The translations under genes and the position numbers were made by a program. Shown piece by piece: positions 12,431 through 25,125 of a stretch of 64,000 nucleotides of DNA (positions within the stretch are counted from its first letter, which is position 1; every line of letters starts with the position of its first letter). Location of the stretch: assembly GCF_001194135.2 (NCBI RefSeq), contig NC_068989.1, positions 25,841,115 to 25,905,114 of the forward strand. The letters are read 5' to 3'. The notes under the pieces are model-generated. The model made no database searches. It saw only the letters and a program-made list of their open reading frames with translations, and was not told the origin of the DNA. The DNA is from Octopus bimaculoides (taxonomy: Eukaryota).

Positions 12431-13459
12431 TGAACATATTCAATATCGGCTGTAATTAGAAAGATGTGGATCTGTAACCAACTTAAAAAAAAACAAACAA
12501 AAATCTTCAGCCCTAAAACACATAGGGGCCTCGTTTCTCTAATTTGAAGTCACTGTTTAATTCGCTGGCAGAATTTAGCACTTCACTATTTTCTCTCTTC
12601 CTATAAACTGGTATCTGTGTGGATCTTTCGAGGTAACTATCCTGCATTGACATTTTTATTTGACTGTTTATCCGAATGTAAATGTATAGCGATTAATTCA
12701 GTGAAAATTTCCTTTCCTCACGCTCTCTTTGTGCGGCCGGAATTTGTTAATAATACCGAAATCTCCTCTAGGCGGCATTTCATGTAACTGTGCCTTTTCA
12801 GCTTTGTAGATGAAAGTAGCTATATGTATTCAGTTTTTCATGGTATAATTTCAGATACTCACAATGTATGCCACTTATTTTTCTGGAATTATGCATCTAT
12901 GACGCTTCCAAATTTATTTACATTCTGGTGAAGAACTTTGTTTTTATTACGCCTGATCTCTCTTGCTGATTCTATCAGCCTTATCATACTTTCTGCTGTA
13001 CTCATTATTGTATTGATATTATGTTCTTCATTACATACATTCAATTAACGTGTTTCCCTTCAAACTCCAATTTCGGATCGGTATAATTCTTGCTTAACAA
13101 TCAAATTATTGTATATATTTCTTTGATGCAAAAAGAAAAGAGGGTTAATAAATTTGTCGGTATCATTTCAATTTTCGCTACCTTACGGCATATGTTACCT
13201 CAACGACAGAAATGTCATATAAAGGCATAACTTACCCTACGTCGTTAATTGGTTCTTAAATCGAATTAACTAGTCTCTAGGCTAGGCTAGGCCGAATTTA
13301 CTTGTCTCTAAGCTAAACCGATAATAACCATTCCCATTTCTGTACTTTACTTATGAATGCATTTTCAATGATACATGGTTAGTAAAAACCTATTTTAAAG
13401 CTTACGAACAAATAATTTTTATTTTTAATACAATTCAGTAAAAAAAAGTAATCTTGATT

Positions 13460-15230
13460 TACGAATACAATTTGGCGGTGTTTACCGTACATCGCAGACG
13501 CTCTATTTATGAATGTGGTTTGCAATAAGACATGGTAAAATAACATCCTTTTTTAAGCTTAAAAAATAAATTCAGTAATTATTATTATTTTGCAATTGTA
13601 AAAAAAAAAAGTAAATCCTTTTAAACTTACCAATGCGTACATACACTTTGGTGGTTTACATCGCGGATGTAGATGGCTGTGGAACGTCAACATCAACAGT
13701 GGTTCTGGCTGTTTTCGTTGTTCGATGCGCTTAAAAAAAAGACTGTGGAGAGTTCCTTGAAATGTCTTTTTCTTTTCCTCATAAGGAGCAAAAGCTTCCT
13801 GACAAGCCCCCATAATCTGGCAAAATCGTTGAGCATTTGGATCCATATCCTTGAATATAAAATGTCCTTTTTCGATATATGCACGTGCTTGCTGCATTTC
13901 CTTAATAGGAAAGTGACGCGGCTCAGGTTCGACTCACACGTCTTCTTTATATTGCTGCTCGTGAAGCTCTATCAAATCCTATTTCGTCAGGGGTTGCTTG
14001 TCTTTTTCAAATAAATTTGTGAAATCCTCCTATGTACATCATTCTTATGCCGCTGTTATGTTCTGTACTACCTTGTGGATATCGTATCTCTTCCAAATGT
14101 CACCAAGTGTGATATACTCATCAACATAATTTGCAGCTATTGTTTTCTACAGCGTACGCTTGGAGGTAGCAATTATTCCCTGATCCATTGACTGCAGAAG
14201 AGACGTGGTGTTCGGAGGGAGGTATCTGACGGTAACGTTGGGGTCAAAATCTACGATGTTTAGCGGGTGGCCAGGAGCATTATCTAAGATAAGTAAAACC
14301 TGAAAAGGAATCCCTTTATCCTTACAGTACTTCTCTGCTACTGGGATAAAATAATTGAAGTAACAATCTTCAAAAACAACAATAGTAACACATACTTTTG
14401 AATTAGCCATCAATATAGCAGGAAGAGATGCGTTGGGTGTGTTTTTTAGGGCACGGGGTTTGTGTTCATGATACACAAGTAATGACTTTAACTTCTGCAC
14501 AATTACCTCCCAACATAATGAATGAACGGTCTGGCACTTTTTTTTCAATACAATCCAGTTTCGTCTACGTTAAAAAAATTTTCTGGAAGACTCCCGTTTT
14601 CTTCGATGATTTTCTTTAAATGCAATCGGAAATTCTGCTCCTGCTTCTTCGTCAGCTGTTTCACCCTTCTTGATGGAGTGATAACTTCTTCGCTCCTTAA
14701 ATCGCATTAACCATTCTTGACTTGCCGTGAAATCTTCATCCTTCTAATCTGGATATTTTTCTTCAGGTCCCGAAACAAAGACAACGCTATCTCATGAATG
14801 AATTATTGACAAATTGTAGCACGCTGACAATTCAACCTAACAATGCAGAGAGAAAGAAGACTTACCATTTCTTTAAAGCAAGTAGCCGATAAAAAGACGT
14901 AAACAAATTTGAATTCAAAACAATCGCAGGTATCACGAGTGACAACGTCGCCTAACGGTAGATATTCGAACTACAGTGCTATATGATCTCCGAAAGACCG
15001 ATAAATAAGACAGCACAACTGATTTCAGGATTTCGTTCACTAAGCCACACTACTTTATAGTGTGTGTTTTTAACACATACTTAACGTATTTTACAAAACT
15101 TAACCTATTTTAATATGATTTTATAAGCTTTTATTCTTATTTATTGTACAGTAACATGATCTTATGTGCTTTTCATGGGTTTCTAGAGATTTTACGATTG
15201 CAATATTTGTGGCGGACAGACGTAAAGTCG
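13460..15230 (-). mobile_element. pogo/Tigger-family DNA transposon, degenerate transposase; ends approximate
   Basis: ORF 14147-14548 has VLLILDNAPGHP and YLPPNTTSLLQSMDQGII (DDE_1 domain). Upstream is KIFNVDETGLY. ORF 13559-13897 resembles the Tigger C-terminus (DMDPNAQRF). Confidence 0.9.
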
Positions 15231-15667
15231 AGTAAAATGACTTAACTTGATTTTTATTCTTCCATATAATATTTTTGAAAACCGACGTATAATCGAGAAC
15301 GGCTTAAGCCCAGGTATTCTTGAATTTATTAACCTCATTTTTTTCCTCTGTCATGCATTAAATATATTGCAAACATCGTTGACTCTCTTATTTCCACATG
15401 TTTATGAATTCAGTCCCATTGTATCGAATCTTGGGAAAGTGTGAGTGGATGTGGTAGATGGAAACTGCACGAAAACCAAGGTTTATTTTTATATTGATGC
15501 TAGATCACGTTTTGTCAAACAAAGGAGAGTTAACCATTAAAATATAGCGACAAAGTAAATAGCTAGCTAAAGTAAGCTAATTTGGTCGCTGAAAGATAGC
15601 AAGAAAATCTATTCGATAGGCTGAGATATTATTAGTACAGCTAAACTAGATAGAATAAGTGGTAGGG

Positions 15668-15669
<2 letters not shown>

Positions 15670-15713
<44 letters not shown>

Positions 15714-15724
15714 GTAATAATAAT
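15670..15724 (+). repeat. (AAT)n microsatellite
   Basis: Visible trinucleotide run. Confidence 0.95.
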
Positions 15725-16260
15725 AAATGCCCTGAGGCAGTACCAGGCAGTTGCTTTCATGCCTTCTGATCTCAACTGATTGGAAGTGTTATCATGAAAA
15801 TTGTTTTGTCTTGGTTAACACTTGGAATACAGCAAATATTCTGCTTAATACCACAGATTTGCTTCTCTTGTGTTTGCCTTAACCAGATGAGCATGTCCCT
15901 CAATGGCTAAACGATATGTCCATGAGCATCAAAGCCATGTGTTCAGAAGAATTCTTTGCAGTTTGGATAATTCACCTTTGGAAACATGGGTGCGTCGTTG
16001 AACATCCATAAGCAACCCTTATGCAAGGACCTCGTGAGCGGGATGGGCTACTCAACCTGAAGAAAATTTTAACTGAGTCCCACCAGCAAGCTCATGCGCT
16101 GTGTATCTTGATATAAGGTCACCATGTCGAGTACATATGGTAGTGATGCAATATGCCTGGTGTACCCTTATCAGGCGGGTAGTTATGATGGGTATACTGG
16201 GCTTCCTATATTTTATCCCGGTGACATTTTGATGGCATGCACTGTTCTCTCACTCATTAA
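15725..16260 (+). mobile_element. Unclassified ~535-bp non-coding interspersed repeat lying between (AAT)n and (AAG)n arrays
   Basis: Higher-GC block starting aaatgccctgaggcagtacc and ending ctctcactca, with sharp microsatellite borders on both sides and no credible ORF. Recalled as an abundant octopus repeat; not verified. Confidence 0.55.
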
Positions 16261-16343
16261 CAAGAAGAAGAAGAAGAAGAAGAAGAAGAAGAAGAAGAAG
16301 AAGAAGAAGAAGAAGAAGAAGAAGAAGAAGAAGAAGAAGAAGA
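16261..16343 (+). repeat. (AAG)n microsatellite
   Basis: Visible run. It produces the poly-K and poly-S ORF tails. Confidence 0.95.
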
Positions 16344-16807
16344 ATTGAGAAACCAAGAACCAAAATAATAGATCACACATAATAGAATATTTCTTTGCAA
16401 CGGGTGGAACAATAAACTGTTAGAATTAATAATAAATCCACATAAACATTGAAACCAACATTGACCTAGCAGAGGTGAACTGTAGGTCAATATTCCTGCG
16501 GCTAGTAATAGTAGCAGCCCTACTTCTCACTGACCACCAAGAAACGGACATTTCATCCATCCAGTTTATGATTCTTTCAGTTTACTTCGAAACTGTCTAG
16601 CGTGGAGGACCTTGATGAGACATGCACCGACCATGATGTTTGGTTACATATCTAACAGTGTGCAGTCGCTGCAGTTGAAACACGCGTAAGTCTGGAAAAT
16701 ATGTTGTGAATAATTGTTAAATAAAATTATGGATATGAAAAACCTCCATTCTCCTTTTAATTATTAATGTTATATACACATATGTGTATGTGTGTGTGTG
16801 TGTGAGG

Positions 16808-16990
16808 TGTTTCTCTTTGTCATTCACCGTCGCTTGACAACCGGTGTGTTGGCAAATGAGGTCGATAGAAAAGGTAGTTGACTTTTAAAACTTTTGGGGG
16901 CCATTTTTTCGAATAAACCATTCAAGGATGTACCCCTGCATGGTCACACAGTCAGAGGACTGAAGGAAATAAAAGATAAAAGAAAAAAAG
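16808..16990 (+). mobile_element. Family-1 SINE 3' portion, degenerate
   Basis: cgtcgcttgacaaccggtgt...gcatggtcacacagtcagaggactgaagg(aaataaaag)n-like tail, comparable to 36660-36850. Confidence 0.55.
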
Positions 16991-18261
16991 ATTTTCTTCT
17001 GTTTTGCTCATGTGAAATGTCATCAAATGTAATTCAAGTGAAAAACAAAATCTAACGTACGTCTTTATATATTCGTTGAGGCTTCGGGTGAATGTACAAG
17101 ATGAAAATACATTACACACCAACGCTTGTTGTTGATTAGAATAGGAAAACTAGGATAGAAGAAAGAAAATGATATATTGAATCGGTCTCTTCTGATAAGC
17201 AATAAATTACATGGAGTTAATTTGTTGCTAGCCAGATGTACATTTTATATATCACTTCTTAGAAAATGTTTTGTGTTTGTTATTGAGAGTGCCATCTCAG
17301 TGATGAACACTAACGTTTCAAAAAACATGAAGTCTTTATTACTAATATTCTTCCGAATGATTACAAAAGGATTATGTGTATTAACGGGGTGAATTCAGAT
17401 TATGTCACATATTCGATTAACATAACAACTTCATCATATGTCTAAGAATTATGTATTATTTGCGATCAATTATTTTTACGTATACAAATTTTTTAGACAA
17501 TTTTATAGTAAATGCTTCACAACTAAAAACTTAAATGTGTTGTGGGGGTAATCTTTGACAGGTATAGGGAAATGTGAATTGCAAAGGTAATGATACTTGC
17601 ACATAAAATATATATCTGCTGCTATTAATTTTGTATTTAGTGGGATAATGAATTTAACGAATTATTTAGTTTCGATATGCATAAAATCATAAATTATAGA
17701 AAAATTTCGTTCTTAGGAAAGCAAGATTCTTTGGGAATGAGGATATCAAATGAACGTGTCTAGCATAATGACGAAAATAAACTAGATTGATTAATAACCT
17801 GTCTATTTCGATACATAAAATGAAATAATTAAGATAGTGGCGTTAATGCAGTCAAATCTATGATCTGTGGTTTCTGTTATAGCACAGACTTACATTTATT
17901 TACTCATTTCTACATGGAATGTTAATGATATGGGGCCGAGATGACCTTAGATTTAATGTGTTTTGAAGACGTGTTTCAGAGAATGTACATATATTTACTC
18001 ACTATTAATAGCCCTACTATGTACATAGTCCGTTTCAGTGGATCTAGTGATAATAATCCAACTATACATTGAAACACTACATAAAGATGGTGAATTGGTG
18101 TCAATGTAGGATTTCTAGAATCGGGCTAACTTTAACTGTAGAGAATCAAGCATTTTTATAACGTTTCCATCTTCATATGTATTCTTGAATGCATTTTTTT
18201 ACTAAATATGAACGAGTAGATAAAAATGTTGAAATTAAATTTATATTTTGTTAATTTTGCT

Positions 18262-19430
18262 CAATAACAAGGATTGTTCGGGGCTGATGGCGGTCCTGAT
18301 GGTAGGGAAGTCCTCGAGGATTTTCTGGTTTGGACCAGTCCTCCAGAGAAAGAAGAATTGGACGGGAGTTTCGGGCAGGGTGGCTGCAGTAGTCAAGGCC
18401 TGGTCTTGGTGGTGGGTATACCTGAAAAGGAGGGCGGAGTTGACCAATGTGTTTATAGCATCGGTCATAATCTACCGCCTGACCGTCGTGCACTGTCCGA
18501 ATTCGTGGTTGATCAAGTTGGAGAGACAGCTCTTTCGCTTTTTGTGAAAGGGCAGGTCACCATTTGTGAAGCGTTCTGTCTACTGTCAAAAGCCGTTAAA
18601 GGGAGGTTTTGGGATGCCTTGGTTAATGATGCGCAGGGGTGCGTTCAAATTGAGGCATCTCTGGATTTTCGTGGATGGTGAACGCGTGTGGTCTCTGCTG
18701 ACCAGACAAATGTCTTCCGAGTTCAAAAGTGTTTGCGAACAGGAAGCCTGGTGTTCTCGTAGACCGAGGTCGAGTGAATGGCCTAAAGAGTGCCGTAACT
18801 CCCCCCTACTATTCTGGCACTCCGGCAACACCAGCGGTGGAGGCTCTACACTAATTTTATATAGTGGGTTGGTAGAGGCTGAATGTGACGATGGCCTGGG
18901 GGCGACTCTAGGTCTCGAGTATATTCAGCTGGACAGCCTGTTCCATCGTACATTCGGGTTGAGAACGTTGGACAACTTCCAAAAGTCTTTGACTTGGCAG
19001 TGTTACAGAGGTGTCTTGTCCGTTTGAAATATGCTCGCAAGACACGGTAAGCGTAAGTCTCCGACCTGTCCAAGATGCGGGAGAGACAGGGAAACCGTCT
19101 CTCGCGCTATTGTCCAGTATCCGGAGATATCTGAAATGTGGGTTTATACTGAACACCTCTTCTCCGGTGAAGGAAGCGTACGGCTGTCGACTGAGTCAAT
19201 TATAAAAATTGACCCACCGGGACTTTTAACAAACGCAGGTAAGAATTGCTTTCTCACGGTTGTAGCAATAGCGAAAGAGGCAGTATGGAAGACTAGGATA
19301 AAATGGATTAAGACAGGCAACTTAATCTCCGGCCACGATTTACGGTCATTTTTTACTTTTCATTTGAAATGGAAGGTGTGGCTGGAGAAGAAGTGTCTGT
19401 CTAATAGTATGTTCAAAAGGAGAAAATAAT
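18262..19430 (+). mobile_element. L1/Tx1-clade LINE ORF2 C-terminal fragment (post-RT region and zinc knuckle), truncated at both ends
   Basis: LKRRAELTNVFIASVIIYRL...LERQLFRFL*KGRSPFVKRSVYCQKPLKGGFGMPWL, then PTCPRCGRDRETVSRAIVQ (CCHC-like zf-RVT) and AIAKEAVWKTR. Confidence 0.85.
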
Positions 19431-20320
19431 GTATGTTTACAGGATTCATTTCTATCTTGTTCTTAGTAAAGTATAACGACTTATAATTTGCGAAACAACA
19501 CATACTAGACATTTATTCAATGAAAAAGATAAAATGGCAGACAATATTTTACGAATATGTCACAGACTTATAAGCAGCTCTCAAATAAGTTAGCTCTAAA
19601 TTTGCTTGCAGCGATGAATGTCGAAAAATATTTTGTATAGGAAAATCATATGAATATTAACCAGCTCATTTGAAATAATTTATCGCTGTCGTTGAGAGAT
19701 TTATAACAGAAAGATTTTTTTTAATGAACCAATTGAAAATCCAATATTGCGATGAACAAAGGAAATATCTCTACAACCACAAATTTAAAATGTTTCTAAA
19801 AAGTTTTGTTCTTTCTTGGCATTTTATACTTTAATGCTGTACTAATTCATGCGAAAATGTTAGAGAACATATACTCATATAAAGACAATTGCTTAGGTTT
19901 GTGACAACGGTTAGGATTTCAGTTGATTATGTAATTTATTAACATGTATTTATGCACAGATGTTGATGCATTTTTGATTTCAAATGTATGATATTGCATG
20001 GTGTATATGACTTCGTTAATATCGGTAAAATGATGGGCCTTGATTTACTCACACATTAGGACGCAAGTTCATTTACGTATATAATACATATATGTATACT
20101 GGCTGATATGAAACTCCAGATTTACCGTTTCTTTGATAAACTTTTAAACTGTAAGGACATAGTGTATACTGATCCCAAACATGATAGTAACTGAAATACA
20201 ACGATAAACTATTACCTGCATAAATAAAAAATTTCCACTTCATTACCTACACGAACAACACTTGAATGGACGTATAAAATAGACAAGGGGTTTCTAAAAC
20301 AATTCATATATATTTATTTG

Positions 20321-20374
<54 letters not shown>

Positions 20375-20376
<2 letters not shown>

Positions 20377-20650
20377 AGGCATGACCTAGTGTTAAAGAGT
20401 TGCACTTACAATCGCGATATCGTGGCTTAAATCCCTGGAGCTAGTGATGCGTTTGTTCTTCAGCAAATTGTTTTATCTCATATTGCTCTGCGATCAATTG
20501 GACTACTAAAGTCTAGTACACAATGTACCTGTTCAAGTTATGGAGGAGTAAGCTAATTCACAGCACATGCATCTGATCAATATAAACAATCCATTTGTGG
20601 CAGTCATTCATCAAGAACTAAATACTTATACGTCGTCTTAAACGGGTGAT
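20375..20650 (+). mobile_element. Highly degenerate tRNA-derived SINE
   Basis: ggaggcatgacctagtgtta (A-box-like) and gtggcttaaatccc (B-box-like) followed by a CORE-like stretch. Confidence 0.4.
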
Positions 20651-20652
20651 TT

Positions 20653-20693
<41 letters not shown>

Positions 20694-20835
20694 TATGTAG
20701 GGTATTGGATTCAACCAAATCATAAAGATACAGGTAATACCAAGTAAGTGCTGTATACCGACTAGTTTTGCCTCTTTCGTTGTATAAACATGAGTGGGGA
20801 ATATAACATAGGTCGTGTATTAGCGTGTGTATGTA

Positions 20836-21112
20836 TAAAGAGAGAAAAGGATAAAGAGGACAATGGCAGAGTTAGAAATATATTTTATGGATAAAGTCTT
20901 ACAGCTGTTTCAGGGAAAATCCAATGTATCCCTTCATCGGAGACGGTAATAGTAGAGGAATGGATTATTACATCTATAAGAGGATGTAATAGATGTAATA
21001 ATCCATTGGATACATTGGATACATTGGATTTTCCCTGAAACAGCTGTAAGACTTTATCCCTAAAATATATTTCTAACTCTACCATTGTTCTCTTTATCCT
21101 TTTCTCTCTTTA
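20836..21112. mobile_element. Foldback/MITE with ~96-bp terminal inverted repeats and an internal 18-bp hairpin
   Basis: 20836-20931 is the near-perfect reverse complement of 21017-21112. Internal perfect inverted repeat aatggattattacatcta (20959-20976) / tagatgtaataatccatt (20990-21007). Confidence 0.8.
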
Positions 21113-21119
21113 CACACAC

Positions 21120-21217
<98 letters not shown>

Positions 21218-21742
21218 GTGCGTTTTTGCGCGTGTGTGTGTGTCGGTATGTTTGCATGCATATTCGCATACATGTTGAAGACTATTTAATAGTAGTTAAT
21301 AACATTATGGGACACACATTCTCATACCCATAGATCTCGTATTTATTGAACTAGCATTTTAAATCCCCCTTTTTAATTCACGAGATACACAATTATCAGC
21401 AACAATAGTGTAGTACTGTTTGTGCCTATTGCTCTGAGTAAATAAACATTTATATAGAGAGAGAGCTAAATAGATATCGATATACGCACACACATATATA
21501 TGTATGAGAGGAGAGAGTGAGAGAGAGACAGTGACAGAGGGGCAGAGATGTGAGAGGCTTCATTAAGTTGCTGTGTTTGTGTAATGCGCACCTCTCATCA
21601 GAACATCGGTATATGCGACATGAGTTGAATATCTGCTAGAACAAAACAGGACTTAAATTATGATGTATTAAATACAATTTTCTTATTTCTTTTCTATCTT
21701 TGCAATAAAATGCCAATTTGTAGTTGACTGAAAGTTACTATA

Positions 21743-22094
21743 GTGGTTCTCCATCGGATACGACGAAGAGGGTTCCAGTTGATCCGATCAACGTGAAATT
21801 AACATGCAAGTGGCTGAGCACTCCACAGACACGAGTACCCGTAACGTAGTTCTCGAAGAGATTCAGCGTGACACAGAGTGTGACAAGGCTGGCTCTTCGA
21901 AGTACAACAAAAAGTGGAAGAAAGAGTGAGGGAAAGCTGTGGTGAAAAAGTAGAGCACCCCTCCCCCTCTGCCGGAGTCTCGTGGAGCTTTAGGTGTTTT
22001 CACTCAACAAACACTCACAATGCCTGGTCTGGGAAACGAAACCGGGATCCTACGACCGCGAGTCCGCTGCCTTACCCACTGGGCCATTGCGCCT
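21743..22094 (-). mobile_element. tRNA-derived SINE (family 3), internally deleted
   Basis: Reverse complement of the head aggcgcaatggcccagtgg...ggactcgcggtcgtaggatc. Body aligns with 28750-29075 and 34590-34970. Confidence 0.85.
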
Positions 22095-22515
22095 ACACAA
22101 GGGTACTATACACGCATCCACATGTGTGTGTGTGTGTTTCTTTCTGTGTTTATGTGTGCGTCCGTTTATTTGTGCGTGCGTGTTTTGGGGTTTGTGTTTA
22201 TGTATATGCGTGTGTGAGTGTGCATGTGTTTTTTGTGTCTTCATATGTATGAAGTATTGCGCTCTATTCTCAATAAGCTACTACGATGTATATTTGTTTA
22301 ATATAAAATATTTCTCATATTTCCAATGTTGGTACGATGAAAGAGGGATATTAAATACAAATGCAAATATGGACAGTTACTATAAACCTATACATAAATA
22401 CACAAACACGCATGTAAATGCAAGGAAAGTGTAATTAACACCCTGGGGCTAATGCAATTTCGCACCTCTCTCTGAAAAATGCATTTTTTTCAAAATCTTT
22501 TTTTCGGATTCCTAC

Positions 22516-22647
22516 GTTTTAGATGTCGGAGATTACGAATATGCAAAAAAAAAAAAAAATTACTCTTCTCCCAACCAAAACCACATTTTGAACTTTATCG
22601 AAATTTTTTTCCCAATGTTTTAGATGACGGAGATTCCGAATATGCAA
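22516..22647 (+). repeat. 31-bp direct repeat pair, 101 bp apart (internal repeat of an unclassified element)
   Basis: gttttagatgtcggagattacgaatatgcaa (22516-22546) and gttttagatgacggagattccgaatatgcaa (22617-22647). Confidence 0.8.
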
Positions 22648-23467
22648 GAAACCACGCATATAGATATGTGTATAACGAGATAGATATGAATGCCTTCCTG
22701 GAGCTAAAATCAACACTAACACCGTCTTCTTTAGGACTGCGACATTTAGTTGATATATATTTTATAAATAAACGGACAGGCTTAAATAGATAGACAGATA
22801 TATAANNNNNNNNNNNNNNNNNNNNNNNNNNNNNNNNNNNNNNNNNNNNNNNNNNNNNNNNNNNNNNNNNNNNNNNNNNNNNNNNNNNNNNNNNNNNNNN
22901 NNNNNNNNNNNNNNNNNNNNNNNNNNNNNNNNNNNNNNNNNNNNNNNNNNNNNNNNNNNNNNNNNNNNNNNNNNNNNNNNNNNNNNNNNNNNNNNNNNNN
23001 NNNNNNNNNNNNNNNNNNNNNNNNNNNNNNNNNNNNNNNNNNNNNNNNNNNNNNNNNNNNNNNNNNNNNNNNNNNNNNNNNNNNNNNNNNNNNNNNNNNN
23101 NNNNNNNNNNNNNNNNNNNNNNNNNNNNNNNNNNNNNNNNNNNNNNNNNNNNNNNNNNNNNNNNNNNNNNNNNNNNNNNNNNNNNNNNNNNNNNNNNNNN
23201 NNNNNNNNNNNNNNNNNNNNNNNNNNNNNNNNNNNNNNNNNNNNNNNNNNNNNNNNNNNNNNNNNNNNNNNNNNNNNNNNNNNNNNNCTTCAGGGTGCAA
23301 TAATAAGATCAGCTATTCCCACACCTTAAGTTTAGTCTCTAGTATATTTGACAAATAAAATTATGAAAAATGTGTCATGTGTTACAAGAATGTCGAAAAT
23401 ACGCACTTGCACACACACACACGCATACACACGCACACACACACGCGCACACACACACGCACGCACG

Positions 23468-23498
<31 letters not shown>

Positions 23499-23509
23499 AC
23501 ATACCCACA

Positions 23510-23665
23510 GATGTATGACAGACTTTCAGTTTCCCTGTATCCACTAAGAAGTATTTTTTTCGGCCATGGCCTATCATAGAAGACATTTTCGCAACGTACC
23601 GTTCAATGGGCCTGAACAATTCTTATCAAGGAAACTTCTCAAACATACAGTCACGCTTGCGTCTA
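23510..23665 (-). mobile_element. Family-1 SINE 5' half, degenerate
   Basis: ctttcagtttcc...tccact...catagaagaca...gggcctgaac is the reverse complement of the family-1 head. Confidence 0.55.
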
Positions 23666-23717
23666 TATGTATACATACATATACAGACAAATTTATACAC
23701 AAGCACATATAACATAT

Positions 23718-24092
23718 GTGGGTTCGAAATCCATGTCTGTTTGATGACAAATTTTCCCGTTTTGTAAGAGTAATTTACCCAATATTTCTGTTGTTCTAAC
23801 GACGTTTCTACGTTCGAAAAAACGTCACCTTACTTGTATAGTACAATAAACATTTCGATGATTATAACAAAATAACAAATAGTTTGTTTATATACACATA
23901 GTTGTGCATTTAGCTTTACAGCCTCTACATTTGCTGCTAAACTTCTTAGCGGGTAGTTTAGCTTCGTAATAAATCACTCAGCCGAAGTCTTTGAGGGTTG
24001 TGGGTTCGAATCCCATGGCTGGTTATTAAAATTTTTTTCCGCTTTTTAACGTTAATTGACCCAAAACCTCTGCTGTTCTAACGGCGTTTCTG
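23718..24092 (+). repeat. Two diverged ~92-bp copies beginning with a tRNA B-box; the second is preceded by a tRNA-like 5' half
   Basis: gtgggttcgaaatccatg...gttctaacgacgtttct (23718-23810) versus gtgggttcgaatcccatg...gttctaacggcgtttct (24000-24092). A-box-like ggtagtttagcttcg at ~23953. Confidence 0.6.
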
Positions 24093-24227
24093 TAAATATA
24101 TATACAGTTCTCAGTATATAAATATTGATCAGTGTCATAACATGAAGAAAAATTACATAACTTCTTCAAACATTTTTTATTCATTTGGGATACGAAATAT
24201 GTTCACTGATAGATTGTTAACTAGTTA

Positions 24228-24298
<71 letters not shown>

Positions 24299-24999
24299 NN
24301 NNNNNNNNNNNNNNNNNNNNNNNNNNNNNNNNNNNNNNNNNNNNNNNNNNNNNNNNNNNNNNNNNNNNNNNNNNNNNNNNNNNNNNNNNNNNNNNNNNNN
24401 NNNNNNNNNNNNNNNNNNNNNNNNNNNNNNNNNNNNNNNNNNNNNNNNNNNNNNNNNNNNNNNNNNNNNNNNNNNNNNNNNNNNNNNNNNNNNNNNNNNN
24501 NNNNNNNNNNNNNNNNNNNNNNNNNNNNNNNNNNNNNNNNNNNNNNNNNNNNNNNNNNNNNNNNNNNNNNNNNNNNNNNNNNNNNNNNNNNNNNNNNNNN
24601 NNNNNNNNNNNNNNNNNNNNNNNNNNNNNNNNNNNNNNNNNNNNNNNNNNNNNNNNNNNNNNNNNNNNNNNNNNNNNNNNNNNNNNNNNNNNNNNNNNNN
24701 NNNNNNNNNNNNNNNNNNNNNNNNNNNNNNNNNNNNNNNNNNNNNNNNNNNNNNNNNNNNNNNNNNNNNNNNNNNNNNNNNNNNNNNNNNNNNNNNNNNN
24801 NNNNNNNNNNNNNNNNNNNNNNNNNNNNNNNNNNNNNNNNNNNNNNNNNNNNNNNNNNNNNNNNNNNNNNNNNNNNNNNNNNNNNNNNNNNNNNNNNNNN
24901 NNNNNNNNNNNNNNNNNNNNNNNNNNNNNNNNNNNNNNNNNNNNNNNNNNNNNNNNNNNNNNATATATAGAGAGAGAGAGAGAGAGAGATAGATAAGTT

Positions 25000-25031
<32 letters not shown>

Positions 25032-25082
25032 TATGTGTGCGTGTGTGTACACACATATATATGTACGTATATATATGAGCAT

Positions 25083-25125
<43 letters not shown>

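Noticed and set aside
12500-13100. Possible decayed transposase on the minus strand
   Set aside because: It looks coding-like but has many stops and no motif I could name with confidence.
16350-16720. Possible Penelope 3' end (TLKPTL-like peptide; ttgatgagac...gttgaaacacgcgtaagtc hammerhead-like pieces)
   Set aside because: The motifs are too short and too far apart to support a call.
17177-17392. 71-aa ORF with possible splice sites, and similar exon-like frames at ~8369-8421, ~9565-9660 and ~39790-39930
   Set aside because: They could not be chained into a consistent reading frame or matched to a known protein, and some contain in-frame stops.
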